Origin: Candidatus Lloydbacteria bacterium CG22_combo_CG10-13_8_21_14_all_47_15
GTDB lineage: Bacteria; Patescibacteriota; Minisyncoccia; Phycocordibacterales; 21-14-all-47-15
NCBI GenBank assembly: GCA_002771515.1
Contig: PCTL01000033.1
Span: 1-47,716 of the forward strand
Direction: 5' to 3'
Length of the DNA stretch: 47,716 nucleotides
The notes beneath the pieces are model-generated. The model saw only the letters and a program-made list of their open reading frames with translations, made no database searches and was not told where the DNA came from. Positions 15,797-26,924 of the stretch are shown here, in pieces (within the stretch, counting starts at the first letter, position 1; every line of letters starts with the position of its first letter). The position numbers and the translations under genes were made by a program.

Positions 15797-18700
15797 TTAC
15801 TTGCGTGCGTTCTCACTCTCGTCTTCTTCCTCTTCTTCCTCTGTCGCGTGATAACCAGTTCCCGCAGGTATCAGACGCCCAATAGCCACATTTTCATTCA
15901 AACCGCGGAGCATGTCCACACCACCGCGAATTGCAGTATTGATGAGTGTCCGAGATGTGTGTTGGAACGATGCCGCAGAAAGGAAACTCGGCGTTGAGAG
16001 CGTTACTTCGGAAATGCCGAGGAGTACGGTTTCCGCTTTCGCTTCCATTCCTCCATCTGTCCGTATACGCTCATTTTCCTTTTCAAAGTCCTCTGCAAGC
16101 ACGATATCTCCAGGCGTAAGCCGCGTATCACCCTCATGCTTCACCCGCACACGGGAAAACATTTGCCGCACGATAAGTTCAATATGTTTCCGTGAAATAG
16201 ACGCGGCCTGCAATTCATAGACCTTTATAATTTCGTCAATAATATAATTCTCGGTCACATCGCGTCCGGCGTACTTAAAGAGTTCCTGCAAGTTTGCCTT
16301 TCCATCGGAAATAATCTTGCCTTTCAAAACACGGTCGCCTTTTTTCACGAGCGCCATGCGGCGGAACGGAATCGTATACTCAACCACACTGCCGTCTTTA
16401 ACGGATTTTTTCTCCGTCTCATCAGCAAGAACCCTTATGAGTGTCTCTTTCCCACCGATTTCAATTTCCATTACTTCACCGTCCGAAATACTTATAACCG
16501 CCGGTATTTTTGGAATCCGCCGTTCAAACACTTCTTCAACACGCGGCAGACCCATAGTAATGTCGCCGCCCACAGACGCAATACCTCCGGAATGGAATGT
16601 GCGCATCGTAAGCTGGGTACCAGGTTCGCCAATAGCCTGCGCGGCAATGACACCAACCGGTTCCCCGATATTCACAAGCCCGTCGCGACCCAGATCCCGT
16701 CCGTAGCATTTCTGACATATACCACCAAGAGAATCGCACGACAGCGGCGAACGCGCCAAAACCTGTAGAACACCGCTCTCTTCTATATGTGCTGCCATAT
16801 CCTTGGTAACAAGTTCTCCTTTTTTATAGCCGGCAGCATCTTCAGCAAGCACCCGCCCTCGGATATTTTTCGCAAGCGATACCGTGATACCGGACGCACT
16901 TGTCGCACCGATCAACCGCCCTTTCTTCGTGCCACAATCTTCTTCAATAATCACTACATCCTGCGCCACATTTACAAGTCGTCGCGTCAAGTAGCCGGCT
17001 TTTGCTGTGTTTAAAGCCGTGTCAGTAAGACCTTTGCGAGAACCGTGCGTTGTAACGAAATATTCAATAGGAGAAAGACCTTCTTTGTACGAGGGCACCA
17101 CCGGAAAGTCAATCGCAAGACCGGCGGTGTTGATAATGATTCCTTTCATACCGCTCATTTGCACCATTGAGGTAAGCGAACCACGCGCGCCAGAAGAAAG
17201 CATGTCGTTTGCCGACCCTTCACTCGCAAGTGTCCCTGGAATTTTTTCTTCTATATCATGAATAGCTCCTTGCCATATTTCAATCACCTTGCGATACCGT
17301 TCCTCTTCGGAAAGAAGACCTTCGTTGAACTGTTCAATAATTATCCTTTCTTTTTCTCGCGCCGCGCCGACAATTTCCTTTTTCTCGGCAGGAACGATTA
17401 CATCGTCAATACCCCATGTAATGCCGGATTTCGTGACATAACGATAACCGAACGCTTTTATTTTATCTAAAATCGGCGGCGCCGCGGCAATGCTGTAGGT
17501 CGCAATGATATCTTCAACCAGATTCCCCATTATCTTTTTCGTAATTTCTTTGTTTAAGTAAGGGAAATCTTTCGGAAGAACACTGTTGAAGAAGAGCCGT
17601 CCGACAGTCGTTTCAAACGACTTGCCTTCAAATGCAGCGTACTTTGGGCTGTCAGTGCCAAGTACTTGTATCTTCGCCCTGAAACCTATATCGCCGAAAT
17701 CGTATGCAGTAATCGCTGAGTTCGGGCTCGGGTAAACCTTTCCTTCCCCCTTTTCACCGGACACGATTTTTGTCATCCAGAAACAGCCAAGCACTATATC
17801 CAGCGATGGATTCACGATAGGGTCTCCATTGCCAGGTTTTAGAAGGTTCTTTGCCGCCGACATCATTTCACGAGCTTCATATTGAGCTTTCTCCGAAAGT
17901 GGAACATGCACAGCCATCTGGTCACCGTCAAAGTCGGCATTGAACGCGGTACAAACAAGTGGGTGCACCTGTATGGCATTTCCTTCTATCAAGACCGGCT
18001 GAAAAGCCTGTATACCCAAACGGTGAAGTGTCGGGGCACGGTTTAAGAGCACATACTTGTCGGCAATCACTTCTTCAAGAATCGCCCATACTTCTGGTAC
18101 ACCTTCATCCATCAACCGTCCGGCTCCGCGGATATTAAACGCAAACTCGCGCGCGAGAAGTTTTGAAATGACAAATGGACGAAACAGTTCCAGTGCCATA
18201 TGTTTCGGCAGTCCGCACTGATGGAGTTTTAAATCAGGACCTACAACAATAACCGAGCGGCCGGAATAATCAACACGCTTTCCAAGCAAGTTCTGACGAA
18301 ATAGACCGTGCTTTCCTTTAAGCGCGTCGGCAAGCGACTTGAGCGTACGCTTCTGCGAAGACGACATTGCCGCGGCACTTCCCGAACCGACGCCATGCCG
18401 GATTGAATTATCTATAAGTGCATCCACAGCTTCCTGAAGAATCCGCTTTTCATTTCTAAGAATCACATCCGGAGCGCTAAGTTCCTTCAGTTTTTTCAGG
18501 CGGTTATTTCGGTTGATGACGCGACGATACAGATCGTTTACATCTGAAGTGGCGTGTCGTCCTCCCTCAAGAGCCACCATCGGTCGAAGCGCCGGCGGAA
18601 TAATCGGTATCGCCGAAAGAAACATCCATTCCGGCCGTACACCTGCCTGTATCATCGCTTTAACCATTGAAAGTTTGCGCGCGAGCCGCGTACGCTCAGC

Positions 18701-19429
18701 ACCGGCAGTTTCAATCCGTTCTGCCAATTCGTCTTGAAGCTTCTGCATATCAATAGCCGCAAGAATCCGATATACAGCTTCCGCACCGATATCAGCCTCA
18801 AATGCCTGACCATATTTTAGCGAGAAACGATGATACGAAACTTCATCAATGACAGTACCCTGCACGAGACTATCCAGCTCACGCTTGGCTGTGTCAAAGA
18901 GCTCTTTCAGATTCTCTTTATCTTTCGTATCAGTAAACTGTTTGCTCTTTGTTTTATATTCCGCATTCAGCTCTTTTGATATCTTTGTTTTTTCTTCTTC
19001 GTTGACAGATGTAATGATGTAACCCGCAAAATAAATGACTTTCTCCAAATCCGCAACCGACAAGTCAAGGAGCATGCCCATCTTAGAGGGGATACCGCGC
19101 ACAAACCAGATGTGCGCCACGGGAAAAGCAAGTTCAATATGCCCCATACGCTCTCGACGAACAATAGACCGTGTCACTTCAACACCACACTTTTCACAAA
19201 TAATATCCTTATAACGGATACGGCGGTACTTGCCACAGTAACATTCATAATCTTTCTCCGGACCGAATATGCGTTCGTCAAAAAGCCCGCCACGCTCACT
19301 CCTACCAGTGCGGTAATTGATTGTTTCCGGTTTCGTAACCTCACCATAAGACCACGATCGGATATCATCGGGTGAAGCAAGTTTCAGCGTCACCGCGTCA
19401 AAATCTTTTATGTTTGCAAATGTTTTCAT
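15797..19429 (-). CDS. rpoC: RNA polymerase beta' subunit
   Basis: [22 protein letters not shown]. Confidence 0.99.
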   Translation of the reverse strand: MKTFANIKDFDAVTLKLASPDDIRSWSYGEVTKPETINYRTGRSERGGLFDERIFGPEKDYECYCGKYRRIRYKDIICEKCGVEVTRSIVRRERMGHIELAFPVAHIWFVRGIPSKMGMLLDLSVADLEKVIYFAGYIITSVNEEEKTKISKELNAEYKTKSKQFTDTKDKENLKELFDTAKRELDSLVQGTVIDEVSYHRFSLKYGQAFEADIGAEAVYRILAAIDMQKLQDELAERIETAGAERTRLARKLSMVKAMIQAGVRPEWMFLSAIPIIPPALRPMVALEGGRHATSDVNDLYRRVINRNNRLKKLKELSAPDVILRNEKRILQEAVDALIDNSIRHGVGSGSAAAMSSSQKRTLKSLADALKGKHGLFRQNLLGKRVDYSGRSVIVVGPDLKLHQCGLPKHMALELFRPFVISKLLAREFAFNIRGAGRLMDEGVPEVWAILEEVIADKYVLLNRAPTLHRLGIQAFQPVLIEGNAIQVHPLVCTAFNADFDGDQMAVHVPLSEKAQYEAREMMSAAKNLLKPGNGDPIVNPSLDIVLGCFWMTKIVSGEKGEGKVYPSPNSAITAYDFGDIGFRAKIQVLGTDSPKYAAFEGKSFETTVGRLFFNSVLPKDFPYLNKEITKKIMGNLVEDIIATYSIAAAPPILDKIKAFGYRYVTKSGITWGIDDVIVPAEKKEIVGAAREKERIIIEQFNEGLLSEEERYRKVIEIWQGAIHDIEEKIPGTLASEGSANDMLSSGARGSLTSMVQMSGMKGIIINTAGLAIDFPVVPSYKEGLSPIEYFVTTHGSRKGLTDTALNTAKAGYLTRRLVNVAQDVVIIEEDCGTKKGRLIGATSASGITVSLAKNIRGRVLAEDAAGYKKGELVTKDMAAHIEESGVLQVLARSPLSCDSLGGICQKCYGRDLGRDGLVNIGEPVGVIAAQAIGEPGTQLTMRTFHSGGIASVGGDITMGLPRVEEVFERRIPKIPAVISISDGEVMEIEIGGKETLIRVLADETEKKSVKDGSVVEYTIPFRRMALVKKGDRVLKGKIISDGKANLQELFKYAGRDVTENYIIDEIIKVYELQAASISRKHIELIVRQMFSRVRVKHEGDTRLTPGDIVLAEDFEKENERIRTDGGMEAKAETVLLGISEVTLSTPSFLSAASFQHTSRTLINTAIRGGVDMLRGLNENVAIGRLIPAGTGYHATEEEEEEDESENARK

Positions 19430-19452
19430 ACGATAAGAAACTTAGTGAACGG

Positions 19453-22400
19453 CTAAGCGGTTAATTCCTCTTTGGTTTGTAATCTGACATCAAGCGCCAG
19501 TCCGCGGAGCGTGTTCAAAAGTACATTGAATGACGCGGGGACATTCATCTGTTTTATATCTTCACCCTTAACGATTGCGTCAAAAGCCGCAGTACGACCG
19601 AGTATATCGTCTGATTTGATAGTAAGCATTTCGCGTAGGGTGTGAGCTGCGCCATACCCTTCAAGCGCCCAGACTTCCATTTCACCGAACCGCTGACCGC
19701 CTCCTTGCGCTTTTCCACCCAGTGGCTGCTGGGTAATAAGTGAGTAAGGACCAATAGAACGCATGTGTATCTTGTCTTCCACCATGTGGTGAAGTTTCAG
19801 AACATACATGTAACCGATTGCGATTTTTTGTTCAAACGCTTCGCCTGTGCGCCCATCGTAGAGCGTCACCTTTCCGTCCGTATTAAATCCGGCCAGTGTC
19901 AGCTCTTCCTTTATTTCCTTTTCTGTAGCGCCCATAAATGTAGGGGTCACCGCTTGGTATCCCAGCGTATGCGCGGCAAGCCCAAGATGCATTTCAAGAA
20001 TCTGTCCCAGGTTCATGCGTGATGGCACGCCGAGCGGTGTTAGAATAATATCAATCGGTGTTCCATCCGCCATGTATGGCATATCCTCAATCGGAAGAAT
20101 ACGGGAAATGACTCCTTTATTGCCGTGCCGGCCAGCAAGTTTGTCGCCTACCGATACATTCCGTAACTGTGCTACTTCAATATAAATACGCTTTATGATA
20201 CCGGATTCCAGATGATCGCCGCGTTCACGCGAAAAGACCTTTACGCCGACAATGCGTCCCTGCTTGCCATGCTCCATGCGAAGCGAAGTGTCTTTCACAT
20301 CGCGCGCTTTCTCACCAAAAATAGAGCGTAGCAAACGCTCTTCCGGCGTGAGCTCCGTTTCGCCTTTCGGTGTAATCTTCCCGACCAAAATATCGCCAGG
20401 ACGCACTTCCGCGCCAATACGGACAATTCCCTCTTCGTCTAGGTCTTTTAATTTTACTTCACCTACATTCGGAATGTCGTGCGTCGTCACTTCCGGACCT
20501 AGCTTCGTGTCGCGTACATTCGCAACGAACTCAACCATATGAATGGAAGTAAATTTACTCTCGCGCACGAGCCGTTCTGAAATAACGATAGCATCTTCAT
20601 AGTTCGCGCCGCCCCACGCCATAAACGCGACAAGTACATTCTGCCCGATGGCAATCTGACCGCGGTCTGAAGACGAAGTGTCGGCAAGCAAGTCGCCCTT
20701 CTTCACTTTGTCACCAAGCGATACAACTGGACGCTGGTGGAATACTGTAAAACCGTTTGTTCGTGAAAAATTTATCAGCGGATAAATATGTTCTTTGCCT
20801 TTCTGGTCAGTCACCGCGATTTTCCGACCGTCCACCTTTGAAACAGTGCCTGCGTCATTTGCAATCACAAGTCTTCCGGAATCCTTTGCCGCATATTCCT
20901 CCATACCGGTAGCAACAATAGGCGCTTCAGCGATAATGCACGGTGTCGCCTGTTTCTGCATGTTTGAACCCATAAGCGCTCGGTTAGCGTCATTATGCTC
21001 AAGAAACGGAATCATTCCTGCCGCCACAGAAAATGCCTGATTCGCCGCGATGTCCATAAAATTAACTTCATTTTTGGCAACCAGTTTCGGTTTACCGCCC
21101 TGCACACGAACCTCAACATATTCATTAAGAAGATGTCCGTTTTCGTCATACGGTGTAACTGCATGCGCAATGCTAGATGTCTCCTCTTCAAGCGCGTTCA
21201 AATACTGGATGTCACCCGTAATGCGGCCTTTTTCAACTTTCGCGTACGGCGTTTCAATAATTCCAAAATCGTTAACGCGCGCGTACGCCGCGAGCGTCAG
21301 TATCAAACCAATATTCGGACCTTCCGGCGTCTGGATTGGGCAAACGCGTCCGTAGTGCGAAGGATGCACATCGCGTACTTCAAGCCCGGCCCGTTCGCGC
21401 GTCAAACCGCCCGGTCCAAGCGCAGACAACCGCCGCAAGTGCTCGATTTCGTATAGAATATTTTCCTGCGCCATAAGTTGCGACAGCTGGTTTGTTGTAA
21501 AAAATTCTTTCAGACGCGCCTGTAAAGGTCGCGGGTTTATGAAATTCACCGGCAAAATCGCATCATGGTCTACCGTGGACATGCGGTCCTGAATCTGTCG
21601 CTTTATCTGTGACATACCAACGCGTAGTTTCTGCTGCATCATTTCACCAACCGCACGGATACGACGAGAACCAAGGTGGTCAATATCATCGGCGCGCGCT
21701 CCAGGCGTCGTATTCAGATAAAGAACATGTCCGACAATAGACACGAGGTCATCAAGCGAAAGCGTCCCACGACTCATTTCTTTTTCGTCTACCGGCTTAC
21801 CAAAACGCTTGTTGATACTGAAACGGCCGACTTTCTGAAGATTATATCGGTCAACGGAAAAAATACTCTTAAAAAATTCACGCGCATTGTGCACCGATGC
21901 AAGTTCGCCGTCTCGAAGTTTTTTATATATTTCTACATACGCTTCGTCAGCTGTCTTTGCAGAATCTTTTTCGAGTGTATTCAGAATCCATTTTTTAGAC
22001 TGCTCAGGCGCATCAGCAAAAAGCCCGAGAATCGCCTCATCACCGTCCATATCCATAAACGCACGCAGTAGCATTGTCGCGGCAAACTTCCGCTTCCTGT
22101 CAATTCGCACATAGAGACCTTTGTCAGATTCAGCTTCAATCTCAATCCATGCTCCGCGCGCCGGAATAATTTTCGCGCCAAAGTACCGTTTGCCTTTCAA
22201 TTCGTTAGTCGTAAAAAATGCGCCGAAACTCCGCGCAAGCTGAGGCACGAGTACACGCTCAACGCCATTTATCACAAATGTGCCATGCGGTGTCATGAGC
22301 GGAAAGTCCGCCATAAACACTTCCTGCTCTTTTGACTCATTTAAATACTTATTAGTAAGCTTAACCTTCACACGAAGTGGCGCTTCATATGACAACTTAT

Positions 22401-22623
22401 TTTCTTTTGCGTAAAACTCGTCATACTTCGGCTCATCAAGAGATGCGCCAACAAATTCAAACATGAATTTATTGCCGGTATAATCCGGAATAGACGCAAA
22501 CTCATCAAAAAGTTCTTGTAACCCAGTTGTAACAAGCCACTGAAACGATTCCACCTGCGTTGATACAAGCGATGGAAAAGGTACCAATGGCTCCTTATAC
22601 CGTGAAAAGTATTTTTTCTCCAT
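19453..22623 (-). CDS. rpoB: RNA polymerase beta subunit
   Basis: GDKLAGRHGNKG, GQRFGEMEVWALE. Confidence 0.99.
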   Translation of the reverse strand: MEKKYFSRYKEPLVPFPSLVSTQVESFQWLVTTGLQELFDEFASIPDYTGNKFMFEFVGASLDEPKYDEFYAKENKLSYEAPLRVKVKLTNKYLNESKEQEVFMADFPLMTPHGTFVINGVERVLVPQLARSFGAFFTTNELKGKRYFGAKIIPARGAWIEIEAESDKGLYVRIDRKRKFAATMLLRAFMDMDGDEAILGLFADAPEQSKKWILNTLEKDSAKTADEAYVEIYKKLRDGELASVHNAREFFKSIFSVDRYNLQKVGRFSINKRFGKPVDEKEMSRGTLSLDDLVSIVGHVLYLNTTPGARADDIDHLGSRRIRAVGEMMQQKLRVGMSQIKRQIQDRMSTVDHDAILPVNFINPRPLQARLKEFFTTNQLSQLMAQENILYEIEHLRRLSALGPGGLTRERAGLEVRDVHPSHYGRVCPIQTPEGPNIGLILTLAAYARVNDFGIIETPYAKVEKGRITGDIQYLNALEEETSSIAHAVTPYDENGHLLNEYVEVRVQGGKPKLVAKNEVNFMDIAANQAFSVAAGMIPFLEHNDANRALMGSNMQKQATPCIIAEAPIVATGMEEYAAKDSGRLVIANDAGTVSKVDGRKIAVTDQKGKEHIYPLINFSRTNGFTVFHQRPVVSLGDKVKKGDLLADTSSSDRGQIAIGQNVLVAFMAWGGANYEDAIVISERLVRESKFTSIHMVEFVANVRDTKLGPEVTTHDIPNVGEVKLKDLDEEGIVRIGAEVRPGDILVGKITPKGETELTPEERLLRSIFGEKARDVKDTSLRMEHGKQGRIVGVKVFSRERGDHLESGIIKRIYIEVAQLRNVSVGDKLAGRHGNKGVISRILPIEDMPYMADGTPIDIILTPLGVPSRMNLGQILEMHLGLAAHTLGYQAVTPTFMGATEKEIKEELTLAGFNTDGKVTLYDGRTGEAFEQKIAIGYMYVLKLHHMVEDKIHMRSIGPYSLITQQPLGGKAQGGGQRFGEMEVWALEGYGAAHTLREMLTIKSDDILGRTAAFDAIVKGEDIKQMNVPASFNVLLNTLRGLALDVRLQTKEELTA

Positions 22624-22921
22624 AAGTTAATGTGTGCACAGACCCCCCAGTCTCCTTATCGCGCGAAAATAAATAAGGAATGACCAAGCGGTATATGGAT
22701 CGTTATTGCTCTAGCGTTCTCACCACAAACAAAAACCTGCCTCAAAACAAAAGGCATCGTAAACATTTGTGTGCTAACGCGTATAAGACAACAAAATATT
22801 ATATTGCCCCGGAACCGGTGCCTCCTTTTCACCAAAACCGAGAATCAATAGCTGGCAATAAAAATATAGAAAATTTCCGTATAAGCGAGCCTCCCGAAAC
22901 TCAATCGAGCGTAGTAAAACT

Positions 22922-22950
22922 AATATAAACTACCCTAGTTAGTTTGTCAA
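22922..22950 (-). promoter_or_regulatory. rpoBC promoter
   Basis: TTGACA, 17 bp, TATATT; perfect DnaA box TGTGGATAA at 22968-22976 just upstream. Confidence 0.7.
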
Positions 22951-22994
22951 ATATATCTCTTGTCAAGTGTGGATAACCTACACCGAGCATCATA

Positions 22995-23030
22995 AAAATA
23001 AAACCCGCCGTATGTGGCGGGTTTTATTTT
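22995..23030 (-). terminator. Terminator after trmD
   Basis: aaaataaaacccgccg-tatg-tggcgggttttatttt. Confidence 0.75.
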
Positions 23031-23674
23031 TATTTCTTCGTTCTAAACGCGTCTATTCTCTTGTGATGACCGGAAAGGAGAATTTTGGGCACATGATATT
23101 TTTTTCCTTTATACTCAAATACTTCAGGGCGGGTGTATACATCCCTACCTGCAATTCTTTTTTCTTCAAGTGATTCGTGCGTACCGAGTACACCTGGTAT
23201 CTGTCGCGACATAGCATCAAGTATGATAAGTGCAGGCAATTCGCCGCCGGAAAGAATATAAGGACCGACAGACCATTCTTCGGCGCGAAGAATTTTTTTT
23301 ACCCGCGCGTCAACCCCCTCGTACCTACCGGCAATCAACACAACATCAGTATATTTTTTTGTAAAAACCGATGCGGTATGATTCGTAAACTGCTTCCCGT
23401 GTGGCGACAGAAAAATGATTTTTACCATGCCATGTTTTTTTCTGCCAACAGCTTTCTCCACTGCCTTTACAATCGGCTCTGCTTTCATGACCATTCCGGG
23501 ACCGCCGCCGTACGGCGTATCATCAACTTTTTTATGCTTGTCCCGCGCAAAATCGCGCGGATTGTATATCTTCACTGCAATGTTCTTATTCTTCTGCGCG
23601 CGCTTCAAAATAGACTCATCAGCGTATGAGCGTATAACTTCCGAGAAAAGTGTTATGACATGAAAGGTAATCAT
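23030..23674 (-). CDS. trmD: tRNA (guanine37-N1)-methyltransferase
   Basis: VDDTPYGGGPGMV, GRYEGVDAR, YILSGGE, YTRPE. Confidence 0.97.
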   Translation of the reverse strand: MITFHVITLFSEVIRSYADESILKRAQKNKNIAVKIYNPRDFARDKHKKVDDTPYGGGPGMVMKAEPIVKAVEKAVGRKKHGMVKIIFLSPHGKQFTNHTASVFTKKYTDVVLIAGRYEGVDARVKKILRAEEWSVGPYILSGGELPALIILDAMSRQIPGVLGTHESLEEKRIAGRDVYTRPEVFEYKGKKYHVPKILLSGHHKRIDAFRTKK

Positions 23675-23762
23675 AATGCTTTGTATACCGCGTTACTAAA
23701 AAACAAAACGCCCGGCACATAAAAAAGTGAGGGGCGTTTTGTATAATATGCCAGTGAATAAT

Positions 23763-24074
23763 TTAAAATTTCAACTCTTCCATTGCCTGGTCAACACTTG
23801 CCGTGTCGGCAGCCATTGGTCTTGGCATACCGCCTTCCGGCTCGTTAATCTTTAAATTGACGCGCGCGCTGTTCTTCATACCGACAACGCGAAGAAGCGT
23901 CCGAATTGCTTTTGCCGTAGCGCCACGCTTTCCAATAATCTTGCCCATATCGTCCCTGGCGACATCGAGCGTCAAGAGAACTCCCATTTCGTCAACATTC
24001 CGCGACACCTTCACATCATCAGGATTATCAACAAGCGACTTGATCACATATTCAAGAAATTCCTGGTCTTTCAT
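23763..24074 (-). CDS. khpA: KH-domain RNA-binding protein
   Basis: LVDNPDDV, DMGKIIGKRGATA; lies between rpsP and trmD. Confidence 0.9.
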   Translation of the reverse strand: MKDQEFLEYVIKSLVDNPDDVKVSRNVDEMGVLLTLDVARDDMGKIIGKRGATAKAIRTLLRVVGMKNSARVNLKINEPEGGMPRPMAADTASVDQAMEELKF

Positions 24075-24298
24075 ACGAAAATACTGGCTAAGCTTGTAAT
24101 GCGAGCAGCAATCCGAGAGTTCAGACATCCAGAATTGCTTACTCTATATTATCCACATCTGAAAGCATTTGTCAAACCTATAACGCATTGTGTAATTAAA
24201 CCGCGGATAAAAGTAGGAGTAAAGATGCTCATCTGCATGGACTGCTTTTCCGCCATCTGCCGTAGCGTATACACACTGTGTAGTTATTGTGTCTTTTT

Positions 24299-24766
24299 TT
24301 AGTCTGCTTTAGGAGTGGATTCTTCAACTGGAGTTTCTTCTTTCTTTTCCGCAGACGGCTCGTCTTTTGTTTCCGCTTTCGCTTCGTCCGCCGCTTTTGC
24401 CAAAGCATCTGCTTCCGCTTTCGCTGTTGCATCCGCTTTTGCCAGAGCCTCTGCTTCCGCTTTCGCTTTTGCTTCCGCTTCCGCTTCTTTCTTGCCTACA
24501 TTTTTCTTTGATGACACATCGCGCTTCTTTCCTTCAATAAGCTTTTCTGAAATAAGCAAATTGTATGCCGTATCAGACGCCTGCGCGCCATTTGAAAGCC
24601 AATAGGAAATGCGCTCGTTATTGAGCGTTTTATTGTCCGTACGCGGGTTGTAGGAACCGAGCATCTCCAAATACGCGCCCTGCGGCGCTTTTCTTGAGTC
24701 CGTCACAACCAGTCGGTACGACGGGTCATGTTTCCTCCCCACCCTTTGTAGCCGTATCTTTAGCAT
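24299..24766 (-). CDS. rpsP: 30S ribosomal protein S16 with Ala/Glu/Lys-rich C-terminal tail
   Basis: MLKIRLQRVGRK..P.YRLVV.DSR, GSYNP, GAQASDT. Confidence 0.95.
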   Translation of the reverse strand: MLKIRLQRVGRKHDPSYRLVVTDSRKAPQGAYLEMLGSYNPRTDNKTLNNERISYWLSNGAQASDTAYNLLISEKLIEGKKRDVSSKKNVGKKEAEAEAKAKAEAEALAKADATAKAEADALAKAADEAKAETKDEPSAEKKEETPVEESTPKAD

Positions 24767-24823
24767 ATTCGGCGATACTACCAAAAACAAAGCATTTTGA
24801 CAAATCTGTGGTATAGTATCCGC

Positions 24824-26830
24824 ATGAATAGGCCTATGAAAGAGAATAAACAGGAGCGGTATGTCAAGCGGCCGGAAAAACGGCCGCACGGAAAGTATGA
24901 TAAACCAAGCACCGGAAATACAGGAAAAATCGTTTCCGGTACAGTACGGCTCACAGCGCGAGGTGTGGGATATGTTGAAGTAGAAGGCTATAAACAGGAT
25001 ATTGAAATTGACTCGTCGCGTCTGAACACGGCGCTTCACGGCGACCGCGTCAAAGTGCAACTTCTACCGCGCGTGGAAAATAGGCGACAGAACGGAGAAA
25101 TCTTAGAAATTATTTTCCGCGAACGGATGCAGTTTGTCGGCACGGTGAATATGGAAAACGGCGTCACTTTTGTCGTAGCCGATAATCCGAAAATGTACAC
25201 CAATATTATACTTCCGCCACACGAAGCGAGCGGACTTTCTCAAGGTGAAAAAGTATATGTAAAAATTACACAATGGCAAGACCCGAAGGAAAATCCTCTC
25301 GGTGCCCTAATTAAAAAAATCGGGCAGGAAGGGGTAAACAACACAGAAATGGAGGCAATCGTTCTTGAACGCGGCTTTGACACAGAATTTCCGACACCGG
25401 TGGAGCAAGAAGCCGCCGCGCTCAAAAACGACATTTCCGCCGACGAAATAAGCAAGCGGCGTGATATGCGTGACATACTCACATTCACCATAGACCCAAA
25501 AGACGCGAAAGATTTTGACGACGCGCTTTCTTTCCACGCGCTCCCCAACGGCACCTTTGAAATCGGCGTACACATCGCGGATGTTACACACTATGTGCGT
25601 CCTGACACCGCACTTGACAAAGAGGCGCTTAAACGCGCAACATCGCTCTATCTCGTAGACCGCACGATTCCAATGCTTCCGGAAACACTTTCAAACAATA
25701 TATGCAGTCTGCGCCCAAATGAAGACCGGCTCACCTTTTCCGCGATATTTTCAATCACGAAAGACGGGCAGATAACGAGCGAATGGTTCGGAAGGGCGGT
25801 TATCCATTCGGACCGGCGCTTAACCTATGAAGAAGCGCAAACTCTTCTTGATACCCCGGATGGAAGTGATTTGTCCGGCGCGCTAAATACCGTAAACGAA
25901 ATCGCGAAACATCTCCGAAAAAAACGCTTTGAAAAAGGAGCGATTGATTTTGAATCAACCGAAGTCTACTTTGAACTTGACCCAAACGGCAAGCCGCTTG
26001 CGGTTCGGGTAAAATCTCGGCTCGCGGCAAACAAACTAATTGAAGAATGGATGCTTCTTGCGAATAAGCGAGTTGCCGAATATATCGCAGGTATAGACGA
26101 ACACGCAGCGCGCGCCTTCGTCTACCGCATACATGATATGCCTGATGAAGAAAAAGTTAGAGAACTTTCCGAATTCCTAAAAACACTTGGTTATACACTT
26201 AAACAAACAGATGGCAAAGTACACTCAAAAGATGTGAACGCGCTTCTCAAGCAGGCACAAGGCACCGCCGAAGAAACACTCATCAATATCGCGACACTCC
26301 GCTCAATGGCAAAAGCAATCTACGCTACTGATAACATCGGGCACTACGGACTAGCATTTGAGCACTACACGCACTTCACATCACCGATACGCCGCTACCC
26401 TGATATCGTCGTGCACCGCCTCCTTGCAAAATACCTAGCTGGGCAAAAAGTGTCCGAAGAAGAGCTCTCACATTTTAGAAATATCGCCGACTATTCGTCC
26501 AGAATGGAGCAGGCCGCTACAGATGCCGAACGCGCGTCAATCAAATACAAGCATACCGAGTATCTCTCTACGCATGTCGGTGAAATATTTGACGCCACCA
26601 TCACAGGAGTGACTGAATGGGGAATGTATGCAGAAACGAATGCAACAAAGTCCGAGGGTATGGTAAGACTCGGCTCTCTCAAGGGCGATTTCTATGTGCT
26701 TGATCCTAAGCATCATGTGCTCCGCGGCGAACGCACAAAAAAGGCCTACCGCATAGGCGACTCAATTAGAATAAAAGTCGTGGCAACAGACCTGAAGCGA
26801 AAGACAATAGATTTTGTCATCGCGGAATAA
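24824..26830 (+). CDS. rnr: Ribonuclease R
   Basis: TIDPKDAKDFDDA, HIADV, HFTSPIRRYPD and a C-terminal S1 domain; extended -10 TGgTATAGT 6 nt before the ATG. Confidence 0.95.
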   Translation: MNRPMKENKQERYVKRPEKRPHGKYDKPSTGNTGKIVSGTVRLTARGVGYVEVEGYKQDIEIDSSRLNTALHGDRVKVQLLPRVENRRQNGEILEIIFRERMQFVGTVNMENGVTFVVADNPKMYTNIILPPHEASGLSQGEKVYVKITQWQDPKENPLGALIKKIGQEGVNNTEMEAIVLERGFDTEFPTPVEQEAAALKNDISADEISKRRDMRDILTFTIDPKDAKDFDDALSFHALPNGTFEIGVHIADVTHYVRPDTALDKEALKRATSLYLVDRTIPMLPETLSNNICSLRPNEDRLTFSAIFSITKDGQITSEWFGRAVIHSDRRLTYEEAQTLLDTPDGSDLSGALNTVNEIAKHLRKKRFEKGAIDFESTEVYFELDPNGKPLAVRVKSRLAANKLIEEWMLLANKRVAEYIAGIDEHAARAFVYRIHDMPDEEKVRELSEFLKTLGYTLKQTDGKVHSKDVNALLKQAQGTAEETLINIATLRSMAKAIYATDNIGHYGLAFEHYTHFTSPIRRYPDIVVHRLLAKYLAGQKVSEEELSHFRNIADYSSRMEQAATDAERASIKYKHTEYLSTHVGEIFDATITGVTEWGMYAETNATKSEGMVRLGSLKGDFYVLDPKHHVLRGERTKKAYRIGDSIRIKVVATDLKRKTIDFVIAE

Positions 26831-26924
26831 TTGCTACCGTGTAGGCTGGTTTGCAAATGTTTACAAAAAGTGTGGAGCTTGATTGCTCGCACACTCCGGC
26901 GTTACGGTGTGTGTTGTGTGAGAA

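Noticed and set aside
2635-22831. 13-bp match cctccttttcacc shared by the 2624 leader and the rpoB leader
   Set aside because: It is short, largely SD-like sequence with no shared surrounding structure, so probably chance.
24767-25060. N-terminal extension of S16 in the ORF track (similarly dnaE from 32686, rnhB from 32901, thrS from 36073, ychF from 41729)
   Set aside because: These extensions overlap divergent genes or promoters. Family homology begins at the downstream ATG, in most cases just after a -10 box.
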